DNA of 64,000 nucleotides, from assembly GCA_963662615.2 (NCBI GenBank), contig CAXXSR010000002.1:384001-448000 (forward strand). Direction: 5' to 3'. Below the pieces are notes generated by a model. The model ran no database searches, had not been told where the DNA came from, and saw only the letters and a program-made list of their open reading frames with translations. Positions 1-9,374 of this stretch are shown here, piece by piece. Both the position numbers and the translations under genes were made by a program. This stretch comes from Dehalococcoidia bacterium (GTDB taxonomy: Bacteria; Chloroflexota; Dehalococcoidia; Bin125). Position 1 is the stretch's first letter. Each line of letters opens with the position of its first letter.

Positions 1-1
1 G

Positions 2-325
2 CGCGCCTACATGAGCGGGCAGCGTCGCGACCAGAGTCCCGCGACCCGCGCCGGCATCCCGGTGGTCCAGCACGACCCCGAATTCTCCTCTGACCCGGCT
101 CAGCCGCTGGTGAAGTTCAACCCCCTGGCGAACTGGACCTCGGCGCAGGTCTGGCGGTACATCCGGGAGCACGAAGTCCCCTACAACCCGCTCCACGACC
201 GTGGCTACACGTCGATTGGCTGCGCCCCCTGCACCCGGCCCACCAACCCCGGCGAACTCGAGCGCGCCGGTCGGTGCCAAAGGTGCGCAGGATCCGGGCC
301 AGCCCGCGGAACATCTCGGGAGTGA
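2..325 (+). pseudogene. cysH: PAPS/APS reductase (CysH) 3' part; N-terminus outside the window, C-terminus disrupted
   Basis: [36 protein letters not shown] and ERAGR motifs; diverges at about 277, so the expected W..ECG(L/I)H end is missing. Confidence 0.85.
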
Positions 326-385
326 GGTCACCCTGCGGCACCTTCACCTCCACGGTGGAGTAGCCCCGCTGCCGTTGCGACCGTC
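262..385 (-). pseudogene. Short inverted fragment resembling a nitrite/sulfite reductase ferredoxin-like half domain
   Basis: Minus strand reads [34 protein letters not shown], typical of Sir/Nir half-domains; no start or remainder of the gene. Confidence 0.6.
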
Positions 386-482
386 CGGGGCGTTGGGGGT
401 CCTTCCTTCCAGGGAGCAGTCGATCCCCGATGGCTGGGCGGGCCCGATCATCGATACGGTGGCCTCGAAGGAGTGTTGTGGA

Positions 483-1328
483 GTGGGCGCACCTGAGGTG
501 CCTCCGGTTTCGAGCCCCGCACCGGCGCCGACGCCGCGCGCGGCGGCCGGCGGCGGCGTGGAACTCTTTGGCGGTCCTCAGTCGGCGGAAACCTTCGCCG
601 CCCTGCTGCGGGCGCAGATGGACAGCATGATGACGTCCGCCACGCTGGGCGGTCTCAGCGGCGGCGGATCAGGCGGTCTGCTGGGGGGCGGCATGGGGGG
701 CCTGTTCGGCGGCGGTGCGGCCGGCGGCCTGCTAGGCGGTGGTATGGGCGGTGGCATGGCCGGCGGCCTATCATCGCTCCTGCTCCTACAAACCTTGCAG
801 CCGCTCACCCTGGCCCTGAACAAGCTCGTGGATCGACTGGAGCGGCTCGAGGGGCCCGGCGGGCCGGGCGGGATTCCCTCCAGCGCTGCGGTCCCGACCC
901 CGGAGTCCCTCCCCTACCGCGACCTGATCGAGCGGCTGGCGCGAGCCTACCAGGTGCCGGCGGCGTTCCTTGGCGCCGTGATGATGGCCGAGAGCAGCGG
1001 GCACCCGGGCGCGGTGGGCGACGACGGCGCCTCTGTGGGCCTCTTCCAACTGCACGACCGGGGCATGGGCACCGGCTTGGGCGACCTGCGCCTGGACCCG
1101 GAGCTGAACGCGGCGATCGGCGCGCGGGGGCTGGCGGAAGGCTGGCATGAGGGGCTGCGGCAGGGCCGCGGCGGCGAGGAGCTGGTGCGCTTCGCCTACG
1201 ACTTCCGCTTCAATCCGGGGGGCGGATTCCGGGAGCAGGGCGACTCGGTGCTCTCCTTCTACCGCTTCTACGAGTCGCTGGCACAACGACGCGGGTTGGC
1301 GGCGGCGCAGGACGGAGCAGCCGCCTAG
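483..1328 (+). CDS. Lytic transglycosylase (SLT-domain) protein with Gly/Met-rich N-terminal region
   Basis: AVMMAESSG (catalytic E), GLFQL and DPELNAAIGA motifs; AAGGAG at 468-473 before GTG 483. Confidence 0.75.
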   Translation: MGAPEVPPVSSPAPAPTPRAAAGGGVELFGGPQSAETFAALLRAQMDSMMTSATLGGLSGGGSGGLLGGGMGGLFGGGAAGGLLGGGMGGGMAGGLSSLLLLQTLQPLTLALNKLVDRLERLEGPGGPGGIPSSAAVPTPESLPYRDLIERLARAYQVPAAFLGAVMMAESSGHPGAVGDDGASVGLFQLHDRGMGTGLGDLRLDPELNAAIGARGLAEGWHEGLRQGRGGEELVRFAYDFRFNPGGGFREQGDSVLSFYRFYESLAQRRGLAAAQDGAAA

Positions 1329-1600
1329 CCTCCCAGGGTCTCGATGAGCGCCGTCCGCAGCGCGCTTGCGTCCAGTGGCGCTGTGGCGTCCAACGGCGCG
1401 GTGGCGATGACGGAGCCGCCCACCGCCACCACGGGCACTGCGAGTCCGTACTGCTCTCGCAGCGCCGGATCCGCGTCCACGTCTACTGCCTCCAGCCTGA
1501 AGTTCATGGTCGCCGCCATTCGGGTGAGCAGGAGCATCGCCTCGTCACAGAGGTGGCAGTCCGAGCGGGTGTAGAGCGTCACGGTGCCGGCAGCAGGCAT
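1325..1600 (-). CDS. Glutaredoxin-like protein (DUF836 type)
   Basis: LYTRSDCHLC, VDVDAD..L..QYG..VPV. Confidence 0.85.
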   Translation of the reverse strand: MPAAGTVTLYTRSDCHLCDEAMLLLTRMAATMNFRLEAVDVDADPALREQYGLAVPVVAVGGSVIATAPLDATAPLDASALRTALIETLGG

Positions 1601-1632
1601 GGGATGTGGGGCCCCAATCGACGGCTGTGCAC

Positions 1633-2640
1633 CTAGCGTCGGGAGCGACCGCCGCGCCGGCGCACCCGGACATCGCGACGACGGGCCGACCTGCCCGAAC
1701 CGATGGTGCTCGGCGGCCGGCGGCGCGCCGCGACCTCGGGCGCCGTGCCCGCCAAAGGGGCGTCCGGCAGCGGCGTCTGTGGCCGTCGCAGCAAATGGAC
1801 GGCGATGATCCCGGCCCCCGCGGCGGTCAAGAGGGCGAGGAACTGGGGCACGGAGAGGCCGCCCGCCAGAATCTGCTCGTCGGTGCGCAAGAGCGCCAGC
1901 AGCCCTCGCACCAGGGCGTAGCTGAGGACGTAGAAGACGAAACCCCAGCCGGGAAGGACGTGGAGCCGCCGCATGAGGAGGAGTCCAGCCAGGATCATGA
2001 GGTCCAACAGCGGCTCGTACCCGCCCGCCACGGGATGGACGGGTACGGGCCCGCCATCGAAGAGGGCGCCGGTATCGCCGCGAACGAACGGCTCCACAGG
2101 CTCGCCATCAACGAAGGACGCCCAGGGAGCCTCCGTGTCCGGATTGGTGTAGCGGAAGGCCCAGGGCAGATCCGTCGCCTTGGCGAAGTGCTCGCCGTTG
2201 ATCAGATCGCCAATGCGGCCCACCGTCTGCCCCAAGATCATCCCGGGGGCGGCGACGTCCAAGGCGACCCATTTGGGGAACTTCCGCTTGAACAGGGAGA
2301 CGTAGAGGAACCCCCCCACCACCCCGCCGATCATGGCGCCGTAGACGGAGATGCCGCCGTCCGTGATCCGGAGGAGATCGCCAACGTTGTCGATCTGGTC
2401 CGTGTGCTCCAAGGCCCAGAGGACGCGCGCGCCGACGATGCCGGAGGGCACGCCGACTAACGCGATGCTCATGCCGTCGTCCGGCGAGAGGCCGGCGCGG
2501 CGGGCGAGCCGCAGCGACAACCACACCCCCAGCGCGATCCCCACGGCCGTGAAAAGGCCGTGCCAGGTCAGCGAGAAGCCGTCTTCGAAAAGCTCTGGGT
2601 CAATATTGATGCCGATCGCCGCGACGAGGTCAGGGATCAT
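1633..2640 (-). CDS. lgt: Prolipoprotein diacylglyceryl transferase
   Basis: WHG, GARV, GGISVYG, GQTVGRIGDLINGE, VHP motifs; multi-TM. Confidence 0.9.
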   Translation of the reverse strand: MIPDLVAAIGINIDPELFEDGFSLTWHGLFTAVGIALGVWLSLRLARRAGLSPDDGMSIALVGVPSGIVGARVLWALEHTDQIDNVGDLLRITDGGISVYGAMIGGVVGGFLYVSLFKRKFPKWVALDVAAPGMILGQTVGRIGDLINGEHFAKATDLPWAFRYTNPDTEAPWASFVDGEPVEPFVRGDTGALFDGGPVPVHPVAGGYEPLLDLMILAGLLLMRRLHVLPGWGFVFYVLSYALVRGLLALLRTDEQILAGGLSVPQFLALLTAAGAGIIAVHLLRRPQTPLPDAPLAGTAPEVAARRRPPSTIGSGRSARRRDVRVRRRGGRSRR

Positions 2641-4796
2641 TCGTAGTCCGGATCGTCGTCGGGCGGCGCGTCGGGGGAGCCGACCTGCCGGGCGAATCGC
2701 TTAAATTCACGGCGGAGGCTGACGCCGTGCCCGACCAGCCCCGCCATGTACGTCCGCTGCGGCGTCACTTTGACCCAGATTCGCCGGCGTGGCGCAAAGA
2801 ACGTCACCAAGAACGCCCCCAGGCCCAGTCCAATTGCGATCCAGAAGATTAGAGCGCCGGGGTCGCGGCGCACGTTGAGGCCGGTGAACTCTCGCGGCCC
2901 CAAGAAGCTGTACTCGAAGTCGCCCAGAACAATGGACTCGCCCTCACTGAGGTCAACACGGGGCCGGCCACCGCCCAATCCCAGGCCGAGGCGCGCGGGA
3001 CGGCTGGCGCCATCGATGAACGTCTCGACGTCGGCCACGGCGAGTTCGACGTTCTCGCCGCCACGAGCGTCGAACTGCTCCGCCGTGCGGGCCCCGCCGA
3101 AACGCTCCAGCAAGATCAGCGCTTCCGCCTCTGCGCCGGGAACGTCTTCCTCAATTCGGTAGAAGACGGACTCCACACCGCCGTAGGTCAGCTCCACGCC
3201 ACCGATGCGCTGACTTTCGCCCGGCTGCAGGACACCATGCTGCGAGCGGTCCGGGGCAGCGCCCACGTACTCCAGCACGAACTCGCCCAGAGCGGCGCGA
3301 CCGCCGGCGGCCAAGAGACCACGCTCCCGGTCGTCTTGGAGATTGAAGTAGAAAAAGCGACGCTCCTCATCCCCGGCGGCGAGGTCCGTCTCGTCGTAGC
3401 CAACCGCAATCTCGCGGCCCGCGCCCAGCGGGAGGAGATCGAAGCGGACGCCGCGGCGGCCCTCCAGCGCGCGATCGTTCGCGGGGATCACGTCATCCAG
3501 GAGCAGCTCACCGCTGGCGGCATCGTAGAGACGGACCTGCGGCGCCAGAAGCGGGGGGACGTGCAGGCGCAACGCCTCCGCGTCAAGCGTCGCGTTGCGA
3601 TCGGAGTCGGCTGCATACGGCAAGAGAGTGTAGGAGAACTCGAATTCGCCGTCGCTTGGGGCCGGGGTCAGCACCAGCGCAATGCTGCTCTCGGCGCCCA
3701 AGGGGACCAGCTCGTAGCCGCTGCCGTCGACGCCGGCGACCTCGCGCGATAGTTTCACCACTTCGTCGGCAAGGAATGCGCCGCGAGCGGCGCTGGCGAT
3801 CTTGATGCGTGGCCCAATGAACTGCTGATCCAGCATCAGGATTTCGGAGTAGAGCAGCTGGCGGCTATCGACGTGGCGAACCTGCAAGGCGGCGCCGTGC
3901 TCCCAGTAGGCGGCCTGATGCACCCGGTAGCCGGCGGCGTGCAAGGGGCCGTTGACGGTGACGTCGCCGGCGGCGATCTGCTCCCCGCCGCGGGTGACGC
4001 GCACCGCGCTGCGGAAGTCCAGCGCTTGGCCCTCGTCGTTGAAGCGAGCGATAGCGTCATCGACGATGACTTGAATCTGCTGGCGGTCGCCCGCTGTGGC
4101 GAAGAGCGGCCGGCTCTGCCCTTCGCCGACCCAGAACTGAAACTCCTCTCCGGCGAACTTGGTGATCAGCGCGCCCAGGACCAGCAGGATCAGCCCCAGA
4201 TGCGAGACGAATGTGGCCAGCTGCGCCCACTGAAAGCGGTCGGCGAAGATGTAGGTCGCGCCATCGCGCTCTTCCGTCCGGACCGAGTAGTGGCGGTGGC
4301 GGAACTCCGCCGCGATCAGGTCCGCGTTCGGGGGCGTCGCGAAGTCGAAGCGGTGCCGCGCCCGCTCGAAGTAGGCGTCGTTCACGCGTCGGGGCGGACG
4401 CCGGACAGTGCGCCAGATGGGAGGGAAGCGGCTGATCGTGCAGGTGGTGATGGCCATGGCCAAGACCGCGATGAGCGCCCACCAGTAGGGCTGGTTGAAG
4501 AGGTTGAAGATGCCGCCGTGGGCGTCATAGAACCAAGGGAACTCCGCCAGGACGTCCGTGAACCAGCCCCACGTCCCGCGCTGGTCTTCAATGTGTTGCC
4601 GCACCGTCTCCGGGTTGTTGAGGAGCTGGGGCGGAACCTGCGGGATGATGACGCCGGCGAGGCCGAAGCTGACGGTGACCAGGATCAGGCCGATCGCGAA
4701 GCGCACGGAGGTGAACCGGCGCCAGACGAAGTAGGCGGGGTCCGGCGCGGCGATGCGTCCTGCCTTGCGCGGAGCGCGCGACTGAACCGTCGCCAT
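2637..4796 (-). CDS. resB: Cytochrome c biogenesis protein ResB/Ccs1-like, long form
   Basis: N-terminal TM with G.IIPQ, conserved His (SHLGLIL), VTVNGPL, C-terminal TGLNVRRDPG-TM-RRIWV. Confidence 0.8.
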   Translation of the reverse strand: MATVQSRAPRKAGRIAAPDPAYFVWRRFTSVRFAIGLILVTVSFGLAGVIIPQVPPQLLNNPETVRQHIEDQRGTWGWFTDVLAEFPWFYDAHGGIFNLFNQPYWWALIAVLAMAITTCTISRFPPIWRTVRRPPRRVNDAYFERARHRFDFATPPNADLIAAEFRHRHYSVRTEERDGATYIFADRFQWAQLATFVSHLGLILLVLGALITKFAGEEFQFWVGEGQSRPLFATAGDRQQIQVIVDDAIARFNDEGQALDFRSAVRVTRGGEQIAAGDVTVNGPLHAAGYRVHQAAYWEHGAALQVRHVDSRQLLYSEILMLDQQFIGPRIKIASAARGAFLADEVVKLSREVAGVDGSGYELVPLGAESSIALVLTPAPSDGEFEFSYTLLPYAADSDRNATLDAEALRLHVPPLLAPQVRLYDAASGELLLDDVIPANDRALEGRRGVRFDLLPLGAGREIAVGYDETDLAAGDEERRFFYFNLQDDRERGLLAAGGRAALGEFVLEYVGAAPDRSQHGVLQPGESQRIGGVELTYGGVESVFYRIEEDVPGAEAEALILLERFGGARTAEQFDARGGENVELAVADVETFIDGASRPARLGLGLGGGRPRVDLSEGESIVLGDFEYSFLGPREFTGLNVRRDPGALIFWIAIGLGLGAFLVTFFAPRRRIWVKVTPQRTYMAGLVGHGVSLRREFKRFARQVGSPDAPPDDDPDYE

Positions 4797-4870
4797 GAAC
4801 CGTTACCTCAGCATCGCCTCACCATCGCGGCGGTTTCCTAGCGTAGCGGATGCCGTCCGCTCGATCCGGC

Positions 4871-5869
4871 CTAGGGGCCGCCGGGCGCGGCGGCGCCGTT
4901 CTGCGCCGTTCCCAAAGCCTTGAGATAGAGCGCCCGCGCCGCGAAGGGGTCGAGGCCGGCGCCGAGATAGGCGCCGTCCACCCGGATTTCGAAGTGCAGG
5001 TGGATGTCCGTGCCCGGGGCCAGCACGCTCTCCGGGGTCCCGGATTCGCCGGCGAAGGCGATCACCTGGCCGGCCCGAACCTCATCCCCCACCTCGATCC
5101 CCGCGGCGACCGCGCCGAGATGCGCGTACCGCGTCACCACACCGCCGCCGTGATCGATCCAGACTTGGCGTCCGCGAAACCTGTCCAGGATTGCTTCGCC
5201 CTGAAAGCCCGCGGCCTCCGCGTCGGCCAACTCCTCAAGAGTGAGATCCGTATAGGCCCGATCGGCGCGCGTCACCGTCCCCGCTTTTGCCGCCAGCACC
5301 GGCGAATCCGCCGTGACCGCGGTACAGCTGGCCCAGCCATACAAGTCCAGCCCTTCATGGATCCCGTTCCGATACGGGCGCGGGGCTCCCGGCAGATGAC
5401 CCTGAAATTCGGTCACGCAGGCGTCCGCGATGGGCAGCACGAAGCCGGACAGGTCCGGCTCGACAATCGGGTCCGGCACGGGCTCCGGCAGGGGCTCCGG
5501 ACTCGCCGCGGGGTCGGGAGCCTGCGCCACCGCCGGGTCCACCGGCGCTGCGGGCTCGGCGGCGGCGGGGGCGGTCGGGGGTCGCGGCGGCGGCGGCGGA
5601 GTGATCGTCGCGGCCGTGACAGGATCGGGCGGCGCGGCCGGCGGGGCGTCGTTGGCTGGAAGCTCGGCGGCGGCCGGCGATGGTTGGTCGTCGCTGCCGT
5701 TCAAGCCGAAGGCGAGGCCGACCGCCAGGGCGAAGACGACGACCGCGCCGGCGACCCAGGCGACCGCGGGTCCCGGCCGCCGCGACGGGCGTCGCGGCGG
5801 CGGCGGAGCCTGGGCCGCTTGGGGCCCATCACCATCGGGAGGTGGCTGCGGGGGGTCAGTTGAGGGGAT
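4871..5869 (-). CDS. Membrane-anchored M23 family metallopeptidase with Pro-rich linker
   Basis: HEGLD, TRYAHL, HLHFE motifs; frame stays open upstream through a TM helix to an ATC codon behind GGAGG (start uncertain). Confidence 0.8.
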   Translation of the reverse strand: MPSTDPPQPPPDGDGPQAAQAPPPPRRPSRRPGPAVAWVAGAVVVFALAVGLAFGLNGSDDQPSPAAAELPANDAPPAAPPDPVTAATITPPPPPRPPTAPAAAEPAAPVDPAVAQAPDPAASPEPLPEPVPDPIVEPDLSGFVLPIADACVTEFQGHLPGAPRPYRNGIHEGLDLYGWASCTAVTADSPVLAAKAGTVTRADRAYTDLTLEELADAEAAGFQGEAILDRFRGRQVWIDHGGGVVTRYAHLGAVAAGIEVGDEVRAGQVIAFAGESGTPESVLAPGTDIHLHFEIRVDGAYLGAGLDPFAARALYLKALGTAQNGAAAPGGP

Positions 5870-5969
5870 AGCTCTCCTCCGACGGAGTGCAAAGCCAGCG
5901 GCTGCCAGGCCCTGTCGCGATCAAGCGCCGGCTCCGGCGGGGCGCTGGGGAGTTCCACGTTGCCACGGT

Positions 5970-6707
5970 CTACCGACTCAGGCCCGTATGCAGCGCTTCA
6001 GCATGAGCCCGCGATTCCCAGACGTCGTCCAGCGGCTCCAACTCGCCCTCACCGTAACGCTGCTGGAGGGCGAGTTGAATCAGCCGATCGGCAAAGCGGG
6101 GGTTCTTGGGCAAGAGCGAGCCGTGCAGATAGGTGCCAAAGGCGTTGCGCACGCGCGCGCCTTCGGTGCCGTCGCCGCCGTTGTTGCCGTAGCCGGCCAC
6201 GACGTGGGCCAACGGCGCCAGGCCTTCGTTGAGGTAGGTGCGGCCGCCGTGGTTCTCGAAGCCCACCAGCGTCTCGCCTTCCCACAACGCCACCACGTTG
6301 CCCACACACCGCTCCGTGCCCGGACCGGGATGAACGGAGACGGCATCGAAGACGCCGGCGCCCGCCATCACCGCGCCGTCGCTGCCCCGGTAGGAGTTGC
6401 CGAAGAGCTGGTAGCCCCCACAGACGGCGAGAATCACGCGCTCCGCATCGCGATAGTCGCGCAACGCGCCCGCCTTCGTCTGGAGATCCTGCTGGATGCG
6501 GCGCTGCTCGCGGTCCTGACCGCCGCCAATCAAGACGATGTCCGTCGCCTCGGCGTCCCAGGCGTCGCCCACGCTCACGGTGCGCACCTCCAGGGCCACG
6601 TTGCGGGCGGCGCAACGCGCCCGCAGTGCCATCACGTTGCCGCGGTCGCCGTAGAGGTTCATCAGAGTGGGGTAGAAGTGCGCCAACCGCAGCGATCGCT
6701 CGGCCAC
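5970..6707 (-). CDS. gatD: Lipid II amidotransferase glutaminase subunit GatD (CobQ-like)
   Basis: MNLYGDRGN, GGGQD, AVCGGYQ, GFENHGG, TYLHGSLLPKNP. Confidence 0.92.
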   Translation of the reverse strand: MAERSLRLAHFYPTLMNLYGDRGNVMALRARCAARNVALEVRTVSVGDAWDAEATDIVLIGGGQDREQRRIQQDLQTKAGALRDYRDAERVILAVCGGYQLFGNSYRGSDGAVMAGAGVFDAVSVHPGPGTERCVGNVVALWEGETLVGFENHGGRTYLNEGLAPLAHVVAGYGNNGGDGTEGARVRNAFGTYLHGSLLPKNPRFADRLIQLALQQRYGEGELEPLDDVWESRAHAEALHTGLSR

Positions 6708-8128
6708 TATGCCACCTCCCAGAAGCCACGCCCGCGCGCCATGCGGCCCAGGCGCGCGCGCACGTCAAGCAGGGCCGTGTAGGTGGGCAGCACGATCAGG
6801 GGCGCATCGCTCGGCAGGGCGGCGAATGCCTGTCGCAAGGCGTGTCCAACGTCATGGTGCAGCGGCTGCGACGGTTCCGGCAGGCCGGCGTAGCGCAGCC
6901 GCAGGGCCATGTCCGCCGCCCGCGCGCCGCCCAGCACCAGCGACTCCACGTACGGCGCCAGATCTTCCCAGTCCGTGTCCCAGATCCAGGAGATGTCCTT
7001 GCCGTCGGCGACGTCATCGTTGAGGAGCACGAGCAAGTGGTGGCGCGCGCGCGGCCGCGCGAGGGTGCGCAGCACCTCATTGAGCCCGGCGGGGTTCTTG
7101 CCCAGGAGAATCGTGACCGAGTGCCCATTGATGGTGAGCTCCTCCTGACGGCCGAACGGTGTGCGCACCGCAGACAGCGCCGGCCCGGCCGCGGCTGCGC
7201 CGATGCCGAGCGCCCTCGCCGCCGCCGCGGCGGCGAGGGCGTTGTAGACGTTGTAGAGGCCCCGCAGGGGCAGGAGGACGCGCTCTGGGGCGCGCTCTGT
7301 GGTGCCGCCGGCGTGGACCAGATCGAACGCCGCGCCGCGTCCGGCGTCGGACTGGGGATCGATGTTGAGGGCGTAGACAGACGGGCGCGGCCGCGTCGCT
7401 CCTCCAGCGGGGCCGCGCCAGTGGCCGAGGTGAGCGAAGAACCTGCGGTCGTACACGTAATCGGCGCCCGTCTCGGGATCCCAGAGAGCATCGGCCGCGT
7501 GATCGGCGGCGCGTTCTCCCGACATGGCCGCCGTTTCGTCCTCCACGCCGAACATCAGCGTTTGTCCGCGCGCGCCCGCCGCCAGCGTCGCCACGGAGGG
7601 GTCGTCGGCGTTGAGGACCAGCGTTGTCGTGTCGGGGAGCGCCGCGATCGTGCGCACCCAGCGCTCGCGCACCGCGTCGATCTCGCCGTATCGATCGAGC
7701 TGATCGCGGAGCAGATTGCCAATGATCAGCACACGCGGCGGGGCGGCCGCCACGGCGGCGGGCAGCGTCGCCTCGTCGATCTCGAAAACGCCCAGGCAGT
7801 GGCGTGGGAGGCGGCCTGAGGGAGCCGCGGCCTCGATCAGCGCCGCCGCCATCCCGCGCATGAGGTTGGAGCCGGCGCGATTGTGCACCAGCGGGTGGCC
7901 GGCGGCCACGACGATGGCCGCCAGCATGCGGGCGGTGGTGGTCTTGCCGTTGGTCCCCGTCACCAGGACCAGATCGTCGAGCTGTCCGGCGAGGCGGCGC
8001 ACGACGTCGGGGTCAATCCGCTCGGCTACGAGGCCGGGGAGAGCGGTGCCGCCGCTGCCCAGGGCGCGGACGGCGCCGCGCGCGACCTTCCCGGCGATCA
8101 CGGCTGCCTGCGTACGGGGTGCGAGCAT
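6707..8128 (-). CDS. murT: Lipid II amidotransferase ligase subunit MurT
   Basis: GTNGKTTT, EIDEA, RDQLDRYGE, KNPAG, DGKDISWIWD; adjacent to gatD. Confidence 0.92.
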   Translation of the reverse strand: MLAPRTQAAVIAGKVARGAVRALGSGGTALPGLVAERIDPDVVRRLAGQLDDLVLVTGTNGKTTTARMLAAIVVAAGHPLVHNRAGSNLMRGMAAALIEAAAPSGRLPRHCLGVFEIDEATLPAAVAAAPPRVLIIGNLLRDQLDRYGEIDAVRERWVRTIAALPDTTTLVLNADDPSVATLAAGARGQTLMFGVEDETAAMSGERAADHAADALWDPETGADYVYDRRFFAHLGHWRGPAGGATRPRPSVYALNIDPQSDAGRGAAFDLVHAGGTTERAPERVLLPLRGLYNVYNALAAAAAARALGIGAAAAGPALSAVRTPFGRQEELTINGHSVTILLGKNPAGLNEVLRTLARPRARHHLLVLLNDDVADGKDISWIWDTDWEDLAPYVESLVLGGARAADMALRLRYAGLPEPSQPLHHDVGHALRQAFAALPSDAPLIVLPTYTALLDVRARLGRMARGRGFWEVA

Positions 8129-8129
8129 G

Positions 8130-9281
8130 CTATCCCGCCGCCGGCGCGCTCCCAGCCTTGCTCAGTGCCTGTATCACCTGGTCCAGCCCAATCAGACCCA
8201 ACAACTTGCCGTTCTCCACTACGGGCAGCACAGCAATCCGCTCACGCTGGAGCCGCTGCAGCGCCTCCTGCCCCGAGGCGCCCGGCGCGATAGGCGAGAT
8301 GGCGTCGGCGGGGACCATGACGTCGCTCATGCGGACGGTGGCGTAGCGCTGCTCGTCCAGCAACACGAGCGCGGCGCCGGAGACGAGGCCCACGACGGTC
8401 TCATCGCGCGTGACGAGAAAGGCGGCGCGGGCGTCAAGGCGGTCGCGCTGGGGCGCGAGCCAGCGCACCTGCGTCTCCGCGTCAACAGAGCGCAGCTGCG
8501 TGGACATGACGTCGCGCACGCGAATGGAGGCCAGGCGCTCTTCCGCTTGCACGCTGCGCAGGCTCTGGGCCGCGGCATTGAACAAGAAGGCGCCAATAAG
8601 AATCGCCCAGATGCCGCCGAAGCGGTCGGAGGCGAAGCCCAGGTCGAAGTTGAGGAGGGTCAGCAGTCCGTAGCCGGCCATCAAGGCGCCGACGCCTTGC
8701 CCCACTCGCGCGGCCCAGCGGGTCGCGCGGAGCCGCGAACCGGTGAGGGCCCACAGCCCCGCGCGGAAGACGCGGCCGCCGTCAAGCGGGAAGCCGGGGA
8801 TCATGTTGAAGGCGGCGAGAAGGAAGTTGATGAAGCCCAAGTATCCCAGCAGCGTGGCGAGCGGCGTCGTGCCTGCCCCGAGCGCCAGGAACAGCCCGAA
8901 GAACAGGAGCCCGAGCAGCGCACTGGTCAGCGGCCCCACGACGGCGATGAGGAACTCCTGCGAGGGACGCTTGGAATCCTCGGTGATCTGAGAGACGCCG
9001 CCCAACAAGAACAACGTGATGCTGGCGACGGACATGCCGTACAGACGCGCCGTGACGCTGTGCGCCAGTTCGTGCAGCAGCAGCGTGACGAAGAAGATGA
9101 CCGCGCCGGCGGCGGCCAGCCCCCACGCCGTCGCGTCGGACGGCTCCGGCTCAATCCTGTCCGCGAAGATGTCGCTAAGAATGAACGTGATCAGCGCCAG
9201 AGAGATGAAGAAGCTGAAATCCAGGATGATGGGGATGCCGAAGATCTTCCCCAGTTGGAAACCGCCCCCGGTTCGCAGCAT
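8130..9281 (-). CDS. Site-2 protease (M50) with CBS pair
   Basis: HELAH, FNMIPGFPLDGGR, C-terminal VRDVMS CBS domains. Confidence 0.92.
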   Translation of the reverse strand: MLRTGGGFQLGKIFGIPIILDFSFFISLALITFILSDIFADRIEPEPSDATAWGLAAAGAVIFFVTLLLHELAHSVTARLYGMSVASITLFLLGGVSQITEDSKRPSQEFLIAVVGPLTSALLGLLFFGLFLALGAGTTPLATLLGYLGFINFLLAAFNMIPGFPLDGGRVFRAGLWALTGSRLRATRWAARVGQGVGALMAGYGLLTLLNFDLGFASDRFGGIWAILIGAFLFNAAAQSLRSVQAEERLASIRVRDVMSTQLRSVDAETQVRWLAPQRDRLDARAAFLVTRDETVVGLVSGAALVLLDEQRYATVRMSDVMVPADAISPIAPGASGQEALQRLQRERIAVLPVVENGKLLGLIGLDQVIQALSKAGSAPAAG

Positions 9282-9374
9282 GGCGAACCCCCTCTCGATC
9301 AATAGTACGACGCTGTGGGGGGGTTTGGGTTCCGTCCCGGCCGGCGGCCGGGCGGGGCCGTGTTGGCCCCCGCC

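Noticed and set aside
201-482. N-terminal extension of the SLT ORF
   Set aside because: Overlaps the cysH/sir remnants; a better RBS and start lie at 483.
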